Below are positions 1 through 10,605 of a stretch of 64,000 nt of DNA, in pieces. How positions within the stretch are numbered: the stretch's first letter is position 1; every line of letters begins with the position of its first letter. The notes beneath the pieces were generated by a model. The model saw nothing but the letters and a program-made list of their open reading frames with translations, had not been told where the DNA came from and did not search any database. Origin of the DNA: Eledone cirrhosa (lineage: Eukaryota). The translations under genes and the position numbers were made by a program. The stretch is from the NCBI GenBank assembly GCA_964016885.1, contig OZ024740.1, positions 431,396,001 through 431,460,000 of the forward strand, written 5' to 3'.

Positions 1-1600
1 TGGAGTTAGGGATAAATCCGAATTGCGAGGGCCGGATGAGGCTGTGAGAGTTCCAGAAGTTCCAAAGTGTTTCTCTGACACAGGATTCCATCATTTTGGC
101 AATACAGCTAATAAGACTGACTGGACGATAGTTGACAGGTGACGTGCGGTCGCCCTTTTTGAACAGGGGAATGACACTGGCAGTTTTCCACTGCTCCGGA
201 GTAGCACCATTGTTAAGACAGTATTGGAAGAAGAAAGAAAGCTAGTGCAAAAAAGAAGTACCTGCTACGTTTGAGAAGCAGGTATGTAACACCATCAAGA
301 CCAGGGGAGGCATAGTTGCGCTTATTCTTAAGGTGACGTCACAACATTGCAGGTGTAAATTCCATAGTTGTTATGGAATTTGATGTTAGAGATGAGATGG
401 TACATTCTGGTTTTCAACTGTAAAAATGCTTGCATAGCACTCAACAATGAGTTCTATGCATTCTTTGGGATCGTCAGTGATCTGGTTTGTGTGGGGATTG
501 CGAAGAGGACGAACTGGAGAGTGAGGTCTCTGCTTTGAATGTACATATTTCTAGAACACTTTACTGTCAGGATTGGTTGTTATGTACTGTTCAAATTCAA
601 GCACTGCCTTTTTTGTCACTTGCTTGAGATGATTGGAAGATTTATTCTGCTTTTTTCTGTTGGCATCTGATTTATGCAGTTTATATTCCCGTTCAGCGTT
701 CCAACGTTCTTTCCTGGCAAGTCGGACCGCCTAAGTTTCCCAAATTGCACTTTTGGGGTGGGTTTTTTTCTGCTTACATGGCACTGGTGCTGCACATGCT
801 ATCCATATTGAGTCCAGGATGCTCTGGAGTATAGTGTTCACATCTCCAGAGTTATACATCTCATGCCAGTTTGGGCGCTGTAGCTCAGTGCTGTAAAAGT
901 TCCAATCTGCTTTCTTCCAATCAAAGCAAGCAGATTGGAGATGGTTCTGGTTTTTGTTGCTGCCCACAAGAGCCAGATTGGCAATGATCATAGCATGATC
1001 AGAGTCGCCTAGAGGTTCCTCAGTAGTACAACTGATAACCACTTCAGGAGTAGTGGTGAAGATCAGGTCCAAAGTGTTGTCACCTCTTGTTGGAAAGGTG
1101 ACTACTTGTGACCAGTTTGAGTCCAGAACTAGCTCAAGGAAATCATTTTCACTTTGTGGCCAACGAAAGGTTTCCTATTCGATCTCAGGATGATTGAAGT
1201 CACCTGCAATAAACACATAAGTGGCTGTTTACCTGGCAGCAGCACTGAGGATATCGCAACGCTGTGTGTCCTGATGGTAGTTTGGGGGGGGGGGGGCGAT
1301 AAACAACACCAAGTAGAAGTGTTGACATGATCATACGTATGTCACAGAAAAAAACTTCTTGTGATTCATTCAAATCAACGCAAGGAATTATGAAAAATTT
1401 GAACGAACGTAGACCATCACACCACCACCACGGTGATTAATGTTGTACCCAGTAATGCTGAAAACACCATCACAGAGTAAGGAATGTGCTTATGTTTCCG
1501 TGACTGTGATGAAGTCAGGGCCGATGCTTCTGACGTAGGAGTTAAACAAATGTATCTTGTATAAACTGCGAGCATTTAAGGACAACAATTTGTACCCTGC
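1..1600 (-). pseudogene. CR1-type ORF2 (AP endonuclease plus start of reverse transcriptase), disrupted
   Basis: Same APE and RT motifs as above. Only fragments stay open (e.g. ORF 731..1072 with DLIF...SDH), and there is an in-frame stop after TVTET. Confidence 0.85.
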
Positions 1601-1644
1601 TTGCAGTTTATAATGGTGTGTAGAGGAGGGCAGGTTGTTCTGGT

Positions 1645-2482
1645 TTAGTTTCCCAGAGTTGTTGCAGTTTTTTCATTGCCAGTTATTGTGGGTAGAGCGC
1701 ACTCAGACCAGCTGGTATCTCTCTTCCACATTTCACCAGCCTTAACAAACCTCCAGATCTGCCCATCATCACACAGACTAAAACTTTCATGTTGTGCTGA
1801 GTTCCGATTCAAGGAAGCTGCAGCATGTAGCTTTGGACATACATCAGGTGGTAGGCCTGGGCGTGTTCGGAAGGTAATCCGATTTTCACGCCCAGCTTTA
1901 ACAGAGGCTAGATGATATGAAATTGCCTCAGTGGGGTCCGAAAAAGACAGCCTGATGAGTCTGGGTTTTGGACCAGGTCGACCAAGGCGGAGAGCACCCT
2001 TTTGGGGAACACAGCCAAGGTCTTTGGATGAGCTGGCAGCAAATGCCTGAAGATCAGCCTTGTCTTCTGGTAGCCCAATAGCAATTACTTCATGGGTAGC
2101 ACATTCCGCGGTCTTCTCAGTGTGCCCAGATACGGCAAGAGGTACAGGGAGATTCTTTATAAGACCCCTCATTGTGGGATCCTACCCGAATGCTTGCGTT
2201 TATTCCTGTTACTTCCCTTCTTAAAGCAGAAATCATTTGTTGCAATTCTGCAAAATCTGTACTGGTCGATTGTTGTTGTTGTTGTTGTTGTTGCTGCTGT
2301 TGCTGTTGTTGTTGTTGTTGTTGTTCTTGTTGCTGTCGCTGTTGTTGTTGTTGCTGTTGTTGATGATGATGATGATGATGTTCCTCCACGAGAATGGTAG
2401 GGGAAGACACAGTCGTTGGTTGTTGGTGTCGAAATGTACTGGGAGCGGAAGACATGGGTTGTTGTTTCTGATGTTCTTCCAC
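1645..2482 (-). pseudogene. CR1-type ORF1, split between ORFs 2117..2482 (His/Gln-rich, then short coiled-coil-like segment) and 1645..2172
   Basis: It lies directly upstream of the APE domain. RLGRPGPKPRLIRLSF resembles the RLG....RPR..(L/V)F motif common in CR1/L2 ORF1 proteins. A frameshift is inferred near 2120-2170. Confidence 0.6.
2270..2381 (+). repeat. Compound trinucleotide microsatellite (TTG/CTG)n-(GAT)n inside CR1 ORF1
   Basis: Directly visible. It reads as poly-His/poly-Gln in the putative ORF1 frame. Confidence 0.95.
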
Positions 2483-2499
2483 AGGAATAGCAGCAGAAG

Positions 2500-2600
2500 C
2501 AGAAGCAATGCTTCATTGTGCAATATAAATGTGAGAGCAAGGCAGAGATTGGATGAACTGAGGGAGAAACTGGTGTTAATAGGAATCTGAGGTGGTGTGC
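2500..2600 (+). mobile_element. RTE-clade LINE fragment (C-terminal ORF region)
   Basis: Translates ..CNINVRARQRLDELREKLVLIGI, matching the WMCNVSV..LREKL segment of the RTE copies at 3663 and ~16030-16080. Confidence 0.6.
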
Positions 2601-3142
2601 ATATATGTCAGGTCACGTTTCAGCGCTACTGGTTCCATGTAACCCAGCACAACCTGTGCATGGTCGGGTTAGTAGTGACTAAACTGGCCACCCCACCAAG
2701 CTTGCTTGGTGAGGAGGGTGATTTTGGACACCCTGCGGGATGTAAAATAAAACCCGTGAAAGGGCAGAGGAACTCAGGAGGCTCAATGGCCATCTCGTAA
2801 CGTTTTTTGAGCGAGAAACCCCTAGTCTTCATTAAGACATCTCTCTAGAAGGTCACACTGATATAAAACCTGTGACTTTCTTTGTATCCAATGATGCAGA
2901 CCAGTTCTACTTTTTGGGTAAATACATTCAATGTTCAGAGAGTGGGATTGGCTCCGTGCAAAGACTTTCCTTACTTAAAACAGCTTCAAGGACAGGCATC
3001 GCTTGATATGACATTTTTTTGTGATGCAAGTTATTGCTAGCCATAGGCAAGTCCCTAGCAGGACTGAAAAGCCATGTCCATGATGCTTATGCTTAAGTAT
3101 CAAGCGATGGCATATATGATAGTTTATATATATATATATATA

Positions 3143-3538
3143 TCATCATCATCATTCATCATCATCATTTCATTTTACGTCCGCTTTTCCCTGCTTGCAA
3201 GGGTGGGACGGGAACTGATTCTGGCTTGATTTCTACAGCTGGATGCTCTTCCAACCTCATTTACAGTGAGTGCTGGGTGCTTTTTTCCGTGGTGCCTACA
3301 CGTCCACTTTACAGTGTGGGCTGGGTGATTTTTTGCTGTGGCACCTCCACGACCACTTTGCAGTGGAATGATAGGGACCCCAGTCCCTATCATCTCATTT
3401 CTACAGCTGAATGAACTGGAGCAATGTAAAATAAAGTGTCTTGCTCAGGGAAACAACACATCACCCGGTCTGAGTATTGAACTCACAACCTTTCGATTGC
3501 AAGGCCAATGCTCTAACCACTAAGCCATGTACCTCCAC
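3143..3538 (-). mobile_element. tRNA-derived SINE with CORE-like middle, internal ~48-bp sub-repeats and RTE-derived 3' tail
   Basis: Minus strand shows A box TGGCTTAGTGG (3527-3517) and B box GAGTTCAATAC (3484-3474). A CORE-like segment follows (tttccctgagcaagacactttatttt...ctccagttcattcagctgtagaaatg). The tail is cccacccttgcaagcagggaaaagcggacgtaaaatg followed by (ATG)n. It resembles octopus tRNA/CORE SINEs (from memory, not searched). Confidence 0.85.
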
Positions 3539-3542
3539 ATAT

Positions 3543-3577
3543 ATCATCATAATTTTACGTCCGCTCTTCCCTGCTGA
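3543..3577 (-). mobile_element. Second, truncated SINE/RTE 3' tail
   Basis: atcatcataattttacgtccgctcttccctgct is nearly identical to the tail at ~3160-3195. Confidence 0.7.
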
Positions 3578-3579
3578 TA

Positions 3580-3975
3580 TGGATGAACTGAGGGAGAAAC
3601 TACTAGGTGTATGAGGAATCCGAGGTGGTCTGTTTTGGTGTATATGAGAGAGAGAGAGAGAGAAACTGAGGGAGAAACTAGATGTAAGAGGAATTCAAAA
3701 TGTTGTGCAAGAGAGAAGACTGTATTGGTATGGACATGTGAAGTTTATGGATGATGATCACTGGGGGAAAATGTACCAGGAAATGCCAGTGGAAGGAAGC
3801 CGTAGAAGAGGTAGACTAAGGAAGACATGAGCAGAGATGGTGAGAGCTGATCTCAAATTGCTGAGACTCACAGAAGAGATGACGAAGGAATGCAATGAGT
3901 GGAGAGATGCTGTGCTGAAAAGGACCCATCCCACCCATGCAATCATGAAAGAACAGACATAAAATTGCTGATGAA
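3580..3975 (+). mobile_element. RTE-clade LINE 3' end (5'-truncated), with a duplicated LREKL segment and a short (GA)n
   Basis: 3665 onward translates LREKLDVRGIQNVVQERRLYWYGHVKFMDDDHWGK..VEGSRRRGRLRKT*AEMVRADLK..EWRDAV, the typical RTE C-terminus (RL.W.GHV.RM; RRRGR..KTW). It ends cccacccatgcaatcatgaaagaacagacataaaattgctgatga. Confidence 0.85.
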
Positions 3976-4118
3976 CATACACAGAGCACCACTACTAATA
4001 TCCAAAACTTTGGAGAAAGAAACTGTTTTATAACCTATTTTAAACTCCAGTAAATATGATACAATTCAGTTCAGTTTACTTTATTTATTTTGTTTACAGC
4101 AAATTATAAACAATCATA

Positions 4119-4148
4119 CAGGGTGGAAAATGTACAGACAGACAGACA
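4119..4148 (+). repeat. Left-hand unit of composite minisatellite GGGTGGAAAATGTA(CAGA)n
   Basis: gggtggaaaatgtacagacagacagaca is the same unit as the array at 9503-9820 on the other side of the Tx1 element. Confidence 0.9.
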
Positions 4149-4371
4149 AATTTCTGTTTATTTGCCACGAGGGCACAAAAGAAAGGGACATGTACATGGG
4201 GGGGGGGGGGGAGTCCATATAAATCGAGTAAAAATGTAATAAATAAAATTGTAACAAGAAGGTCCTCAATAGGGAGGGATCGTTTTGGGGTCACACACAC
4301 CCCCGAAAAAAAATGTGCGATCCTTCTCCACGGGAGCACAAAGAGAGGGTGATCCCTTCTTCCTTTTCCAC

Positions 4372-7300
4372 CTACAGGCTGAGGTAGAGAGAAGGCCCAT
4401 TCACACGGGCCATTCTCGCAACTTTCACCCACCTTTCATAAAACTGGCTGGGGTGGAGCACCTCTCTCTCCATCCTGATCCTTCTTCCGAAATGGTATCG
4501 GAAGAAAAGGACCAGTTGTTGGCCGGAAAGAAAGGTGTCCGACCTCAGCCCTTTTAGACGCGTCCACCATATAACCTCTTTTACACAGAGGAAGACCGCC
4601 TCTCCTTCATTTTTGAAGGGGAGAGGCGGCTTGATCGTTACAATGGACTCGGTGGTCAACCTAATTGGTCCCACCCGTGACAGCAGTTGTTCGACATAGC
4701 CCCACAGATCGGTAACGCCCGGGCAGTGCACCAATGCGTGCGCGACGGTTTCTTCGTCGCGCACGCATCTGGGACAGATCTTTTTCAAGGGGTCCCTACC
4801 CGGGCGCCCGTGTCTGTAGAGCTTATCCCGAACGGGCAGAGCCCCTAGGTAGCACTGCCAGGCCAAGGACTTCTGGAAGTTGTCCATAGGTCCCGGGCCG
4901 AAAGTCCTACCGAATAGGCTGGCCAGTTCGTCCTCCTCCATGCCTAGGGTTTCTCCGAGGGCGTCATCGCACCTGCTAACCACCAGCCCTCTATAGAATG
5001 ACGAGGTGGAGTCTCCACCGATAGCCGGGTCCGCCTGCCAGAGAGCCGTGAGCGCCTGGGCACACTCGGTGTGCCAGTCGCCCAGTTTTCTCGGCCTTTG
5101 TTTCACCCAGGACTGCAGCTCGGTGAGCGAGACGAGCCTCGGGAAGGCTCTCCTCACAAATGGGTCCCACACCGGTTGACCGGTGAGGAATACCTGGAGG
5201 TGCCGTAGCCTCAATGCGTGTTTACGCATTTTTAGCCACAGCATCCCCAGCCCTCCTTTCAAAGGGTGTTGACAGCAGATGGATCTCCTCACCAGGGGAG
5301 ACCTCTTCTTCCAAAGGAAGTGAAAGAGAGTGCGCTCCATATTGGCGAGGATCTCACCCGGGCAAGGCACGACAGTCAAGCGGTAATAGATGATGGACGC
5401 TATGTAAGCGTTCGCCACCTCCGCCCAACCTTTCAGGGATAGTTTGCACTCGGCTCACTTCTGGGTCAGTGCAAACACCCTATTCGTCACCTCACCCCAG
5501 TTTTTCTCCACCTGGAGGTCCGGTCCGAACCAGACCCCAAGCGACTTTACTGGGCTCCATCCGATGATACCGTCGCACGACATCGGTTTGCACCTCCACT
5601 CGCCGAGTTGCAAAGCGACTGACTTGTCCCGGTTCAGCTTAGCCTCTGTCAACCTTTCGTACTCCTCCAGTAAGGTGCCGATTGCCTCGATTTCCGCGGT
5701 GGTCGACACCATTACTGTTACGTCATCGGCGTAGGCCGACACCGCTTTGCGCAATCCCGGTTCCAAAGGGATGCCCTGCAACAACTCCAACTTCCGCAGT
5801 AGTGGCTCGAGAGCCAATACATACAGAAGGGAGGAGAGAGGGCACCCCTGTCGGATGGAACGGGTGATTTCGAATGGCTCCGAGAGGTAGCCGTTCACCT
5901 TGACTCTAGAGCAGATGCGGCTGCTGTGCATGGCAGTGATCCAGCCCCTGAAAACGGGTCCGAAACCAGCCGCCGCTAGCACCGCATCCAGGTAACCATG
6001 GTCCACCCTATCGAAAGCTTTAGACTGATCTAAATTTATCAGGGCCCCACCAAAGCCGGGTTCGTTCCCAACCCTCTCTATGATGTATCGTATGAGGTGG
6101 AGGTTGTCGTGGATGGACCTGGATGGGATAGCGCATGTCTGCACACCTCCCACTAGGCCCCCCCCACGACAAGCGACAACCTCTTCGCTAACACCTTGGC
6201 CAAAATCGCAGGACCTCGCCTCCTTGTCTGAAAGACGCGGCAGGCCGTCGAGGTATGGACCTAAATCCACATCTCCAACCGGCCTCCCGCCCCTCCCGAA
6301 CAATCGGGCAAAGTGCCTTTGAAAGGCCTCGCACATTTGCTTAGGTTCAAGGATCACCCGTCCATCCTAGTCTTGCAAAGACCGGATAGTGGGTCTAATC
6401 CCACTTTTGGCTTCAGTCACGTGGGCCCAGCTAACAGATTTGGTCCCCTCGTTTCCCAGAGCACGTATTTTGCTTCGGACAACGCAGCCTTCGTGTTTCG
6501 CGTCGAAGAACTGGCTCAAGGCCGTTCTCGACGCTTGCACTCTGGCCACGTTGCCGCTTCTCATTGCCTCTTCAACATTAACTACCAACTCCCTTTCCTT
6601 CCTATTTCTATCTGAGGCTAGCTCCTTACAAACTCCTATTGAAACTACTCTAATCTCTCTTTTTAGAGAGCCCCACCACCTGCTGTTGACGATGGCGCCC
6701 GTCAACCGCTCCTTAACTAAGGTTCTAATCCGGTCCCTGTAAGCTCTACTTGCCGGTAAGGACAAGTTGAGCTTCCATTAACCGGGTCCCTGCCTATGCG
6801 TTCTATCAAGGTGGACTACACAGGTCACTAACTTGTGATCTGAATAGCCCACCATGAGCATTTCTGGACAACTTAAAAAGTCCCTATCCTTAATTCTAAC
6901 TAAGAACCTATCTAGGTACGATCTAGATTGACCGCTATGATTTGTCCAAGTCCAGGTTGGCACAGTCGAAAAATCTAGTCGATATCTATCGGCCAGGTCA
7001 AATCGGTCGATTAACCCCTTGAGGTTGTTACATCCCCCTCTATCGGGACATGCCCTACATAGTCCCAACGTGCATCTAGGATACCATTCCAGTCCCCCAC
7101 TAAAAGCAAGGAGCGAGACGTCCCTAGAAAAGTCTCCAGACGATAGAAGAAGTCCGACCGCATTGCCCCAAAGGGGGCGTAAACGGCGACAAGCCTAAAG
7201 GCTTCACCTTCACCACTGCCAAGGTCCAGAACCACGAGTCGACCCTCCGGGTCCAAGTGTACCGTCTGTGTAGCGAGACCCAGATGTTTTTGCAGCAGAA

Positions 7301-7514
7301 CGACAACCCCAGCCCCACCTCCGGGCTGACAGAGAGATGCGTGCATCTCAAAGTCATCAAAGGTGGGGGCTAGTTGTCGCATGCTGCTGATCCGGGCCTC
7401 GCAAATAACCATCACATTTATACATCGTGACCTGAGGTCATTTAGAAGTTTAGCTTGCTCTCAAGGTGAGCCCAGGCCACGCGCATTTAGACAACCTACT
7501 CTTAACACAGCCAT
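4372..7514 (-). pseudogene. Tx1 ORF2 (AP endonuclease, reverse transcriptase, C-terminal zinc finger), disrupted
   Basis: Starts MAVLRVGCLNARGL at 7514. APE motifs: VYAP, GDWN, TWT, SYLDRFLV, SDH. RT motifs: LDQSKAFDRVDH, IRQGCPLS, AYADD, SLGV. Zinc finger: CPRC..EETVAHALVHC. In-frame stops at ~7461, 6778, 6367 and 5455, a frameshift at ~7060, and an internal deletion at ~6208. Confidence 0.93.
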
Positions 7515-9327
7515 GTTGGTGGTAAAGAAAGAGGCACTTACCTCTCTGCGTCCCGGGGTCCGGGCTGTTCAGTTTCCATGGGGGTGGTGGAGGGGTTGTT
7601 GGGTGGGTGGTGGTTTGTGGTGGTGTGGGGGTATTATTGTGTGGAGGGGTTGGGGTGTTTGGAATTGTGTGGGTGTTTGAGGAGGGGAGGGGAAAACCTT
7701 TCAGGAGGACGCGGTTGAGTGGCCTGGTGCAGGGTGGCCCCACGTCCTCAGGGTAAATGTTTTTCAATGTTTTGAAAATGTCAAGTGGGACTTTTACCAT
7801 TTTCAGGTTAGGGAGTCCCGTTGCCATTGCAAAATTCGGCCCTTCGGTTTGTACCGAAGGGTTGTTGTTTATTTTGTCTGTTAAGTTTTTATTGTTTTTG
7901 TTTATGTATGTGTAGAGTTTTTGTGTTGTGTTTGTTTTTGCTTGTTGTTCTTGAGTGAGCTTGCGTTTTGTTGTCTGTGTTGTGTTGTCAGGTGGGGTTA
8001 TTTTTGTTTGCGTGGTGTGTGTACGTTTTTTCCTTTTGACTTTTTGGAAGGGAGCCCCTTCGTCTTCCGAGGATATGAGCTTCACTTCCGTATTGGAGGG
8101 GAGGGGTATATTGCCAGGTTGTGTTTGCTCTGCGTGTGTTTTTGTATTTGTGTTCTGTGGGGAGGGGCTGGGTGGGACCGTGTTTTGGGTTGTTTTCTTG
8201 AGCTGTTGTTGTTGATGTTGTTGTTGTGGTGGTGGTGGTGGAGGTGGTGTTGTTGGTTTTTGTTGTCGTTGTGGTGGTGGTGGTGATGGTGGTGTATTTT
8301 GTTGTTTTTGTGGTGGTGGTGCTGGTTGTTTTTGTTGTTGTTGTGGTGTTTGTAGCAGTGGTTTTTTGTTGTTAGTAGAGGGCAGGCAGTCCTCAGGTGA
8401 CCTCTGCCAGCGCAGTGGTAACATAAGGGCCTCCTGCCTTCCACCGTAATATTAATAAAGGTTCGACCATCCAGTAGTACTCGGTCGGGTATTCCGGCGA
8501 TTCTCTCAGGTGTCATCTGTATGAGAACCTCCAGACTTTCCCCCCCGAACAGTCCACTGGTGGACTCACCTGCTGATATTAGGATGTCCTTTTCTAGGTC
8601 CGTGAATCCTGTCAGGACGGACTAGATGTTTACTTCTGGCGTTGAGCTCCACATTCTTAGTCTTTGTGTTCTTCTTCCTTTATATGTGGGGAAGAAGGTG
8701 TATTGTGGTGACACTATAGGTGCCACCGAGCATTTTTGAGCCAGCATTTCGTCCTTCATTCGGACCATAATGCTGGCATACAGCTTTCCTCTTTCAATAA
8801 AGAGTATGTCTTTTTTTATGTCTTTCAGCACCAGCTCAATTTGACTTTCTGTCAATTGAGCTGGCTTTCTTGTTGCGTTGGATATAGTCCTGAAGGTTAT
8901 GGTATTCCTATATACCTGTTGACGAACTTCTTCTGGGGAGTTGATCGTAAAAGAACCATCCTCCCCAAAAGATACGTATTTTCTGACATTTAGCAAGTTC
9001 TGCTTAGCGTTAGTAATATCTATGGGCTTGTATTCGATAGCTTTCCTGACCGTTTGGGCAAAAGAAACTTTGCTGTCTTTGTTGCTTTCGCTTCGTTCAT
9101 TGTTGCTTGTTGTTGCAATGTTGTTGGTTCCATCTTTTGTGGTATTTGTTTCCCTGTTATTTTTTTCAAAATTTAGGTTTTCACTCGAATTAACAGTCTT
9201 TTTTTCCATTCGAGAGGAGGGGTTGTTCAACAGTTTGAATTGTTGTTCCCTCTTTCTCACTTTTTTTGGTGGGCGTGGCGTTAGCTTGCAATATGGCTTC
9301 CTCGTTTTTAACGATATCGATAAACAT
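7450..9327 (-). pseudogene. Tx1 ORF1 (gag-like, zinc knuckle CYHCAGRGHLRTAC, Pro/Gln/Thr-rich C-terminal half with basic KVKRKKR), disrupted
   Basis: ORFs 8622..9260 and 8082..8516 are in one frame, separated by a single TAG at 8624-8622. A frameshift after the knuckle into ORF 7450..8424 is inferred. The probable ATG at 9327 is offset by 1 nt in the homopolymer at 9261-9267. Both ends are approximate. Confidence 0.75.
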
Positions 9328-9502
9328 TTTAAAATTAAAGATTTTCACCCCAAAAGGGGCGAAAATATATTTACCCTACGTCTACAGTCCCAGACGAGGG
9401 GTTAGAGTCAACAATAGTAACAAAATTCAAATAATACACTCACAAATAACCAAGTAGTGATTCAAAATCGAAGAGCCGATGTGAAAGACGTCTACTATCA
9501 AC

Positions 9503-9707
9503 GACAGACTGACTGACAGAGAGACTGACAGACAGACAGACAAGGTGGAAAATGTACAGACAGGCAGACAGACAGACAGACAGACAGAGAGACAGAGAGG
9601 GTGGAAAATGTACAGACAGACAGACAGACAGAGAGACAGAGAGGGTGGAAAATGTACAGACAGAGAGACAGACAGACAGACAAACAGACAGAGAGGGTGG
9701 AAAATGT

Positions 9708-9744
<37 letters not shown>

Positions 9745-9820
9745 GAGGGTGGAAAATGTAGAGACAGACAGACAAACAGATAGACAGGGTGAGGAAATGT
9801 AGAGACAGACAGACAGGGTA
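9503..9820 (+). repeat. Composite minisatellite (GGGTGGAAAATGTA)(CAGA/GAGA)n, about 6 units
   Basis: The core motif occurs at ~9544, 9599, 9643, 9695, 9747 and 9787 (diverged), separated by GACA tracts. Confidence 0.95.
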
Positions 9821-10605
9821 GAATCATTATAGTTGAGGAGGCTCTATAATAGGCAGCAGGTATGTCTTTCCTTGGTCCACACAATAACATAAACCACGTT
9901 TATTGAGTGTTTGATATGTTTGTAAAATTTACTAAATGCAAAGACAATATATCCATATTTTCTTTATATCTAAAGGGGAGAATGTCTCCTCAGTTTACAG
10001 CACTCATTTCAAATATTCTAAAAAGCAAAACTCTACATGTCACCCTATCCAAGAATAAAAAAATTAAATAATTAAAATAAAAATAAAAACATCTTGTCAG
10101 TCACTTTATACTGTATAATCTTTATCATATCGACATATTTGGTAGTTCCTATTGTGTTCCAGTCTTAACAGATCTTAGTCATTCTCATACACAGTTACTG
10201 AGTTATATATATCTCCACACATTATACAGAAATAAACAATATGACACCAGTAGAGTATATCTGTGATTATCAGACATAAGTATTGTGATCCAATATATAC
10301 TTACTGTTGTTAGTGGTAAGAAGCTCTCAGGAGAGCTGGACAGCAGAATGTCTTCAGAGAAGAAACACCCACCTCAAGTGAGACTTTCAGCCCTTAACTT
10401 CTTACACTCTAAGGAGGCCAGGGCCACATCAGGACTCCTGGGTGCCCTTCTGCTGACATTTAGCCATTCAGAAATCAGAGACTTGCTGTGTATTTAAACT
10501 GTATGGAGATTTAGTTGACAGGATCTAGCTGGAACTACTTTCCGTTTGCGTCAGCTTTCAAACTTTTAAATGGATTAATGTTATTATAAGTGGATAAATG
10601 AAAGA

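Larger units (their letters stand above)
1..2495 (-). mobile_element. Decayed CR1-group (APE-RT) LINE, ORF1 plus 5' half of ORF2; continues past the left window edge
   Basis: Minus-strand translation gives APE motifs (KLLSLNARSL..DFITVTET ~1590-1497; GDFNHPEI ~1205-1180; PTRGDNTLDLIF..GDSDH ~1095-995) and RT N-terminal motifs (WKTASVIPLFKKGDRTSPVNYRPVSLISCIAKMME...QFGF, ~190-10). Stops and frameshifts are present. The 5' boundary is approximate. Confidence 0.85.
4149..9502 (-). mobile_element. Near full-length Tx1-like (L1 group) non-LTR retrotransposon, inactivated
   Basis: It has a ~175-240 nt 5' UTR, ORF1 with a CCHC knuckle, ORF2 APE-RT-zinc finger, and a ~220-nt 3' UTR with AATAAA (4162-4157). 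Both ends abut (GACA)n. Confidence 0.92.

Noticed and set aside
2092-2590. Poly-V/L/C/T/N ORFs
   Set aside because: These are alternative-frame translations of the trinucleotide microsatellite.
3460-3538. tRNA gene
   Set aside because: A and B boxes are present, but the sequence continues into a CORE-like body and LINE tail with no clear acceptor-stem closure, so it is a SINE head.
5455-8624. Programmed readthrough or recoding of in-frame stops in Tx1 ORFs
   Set aside because: The stops are of mixed type (TAG, TGA, TAA) and occur with frameshifts and a large RT deletion, so ordinary decay explains them.
9440-9890. LSVC/QTDR-repeat ORFs
   Set aside because: These are translations of the (GACA)n composite repeat.
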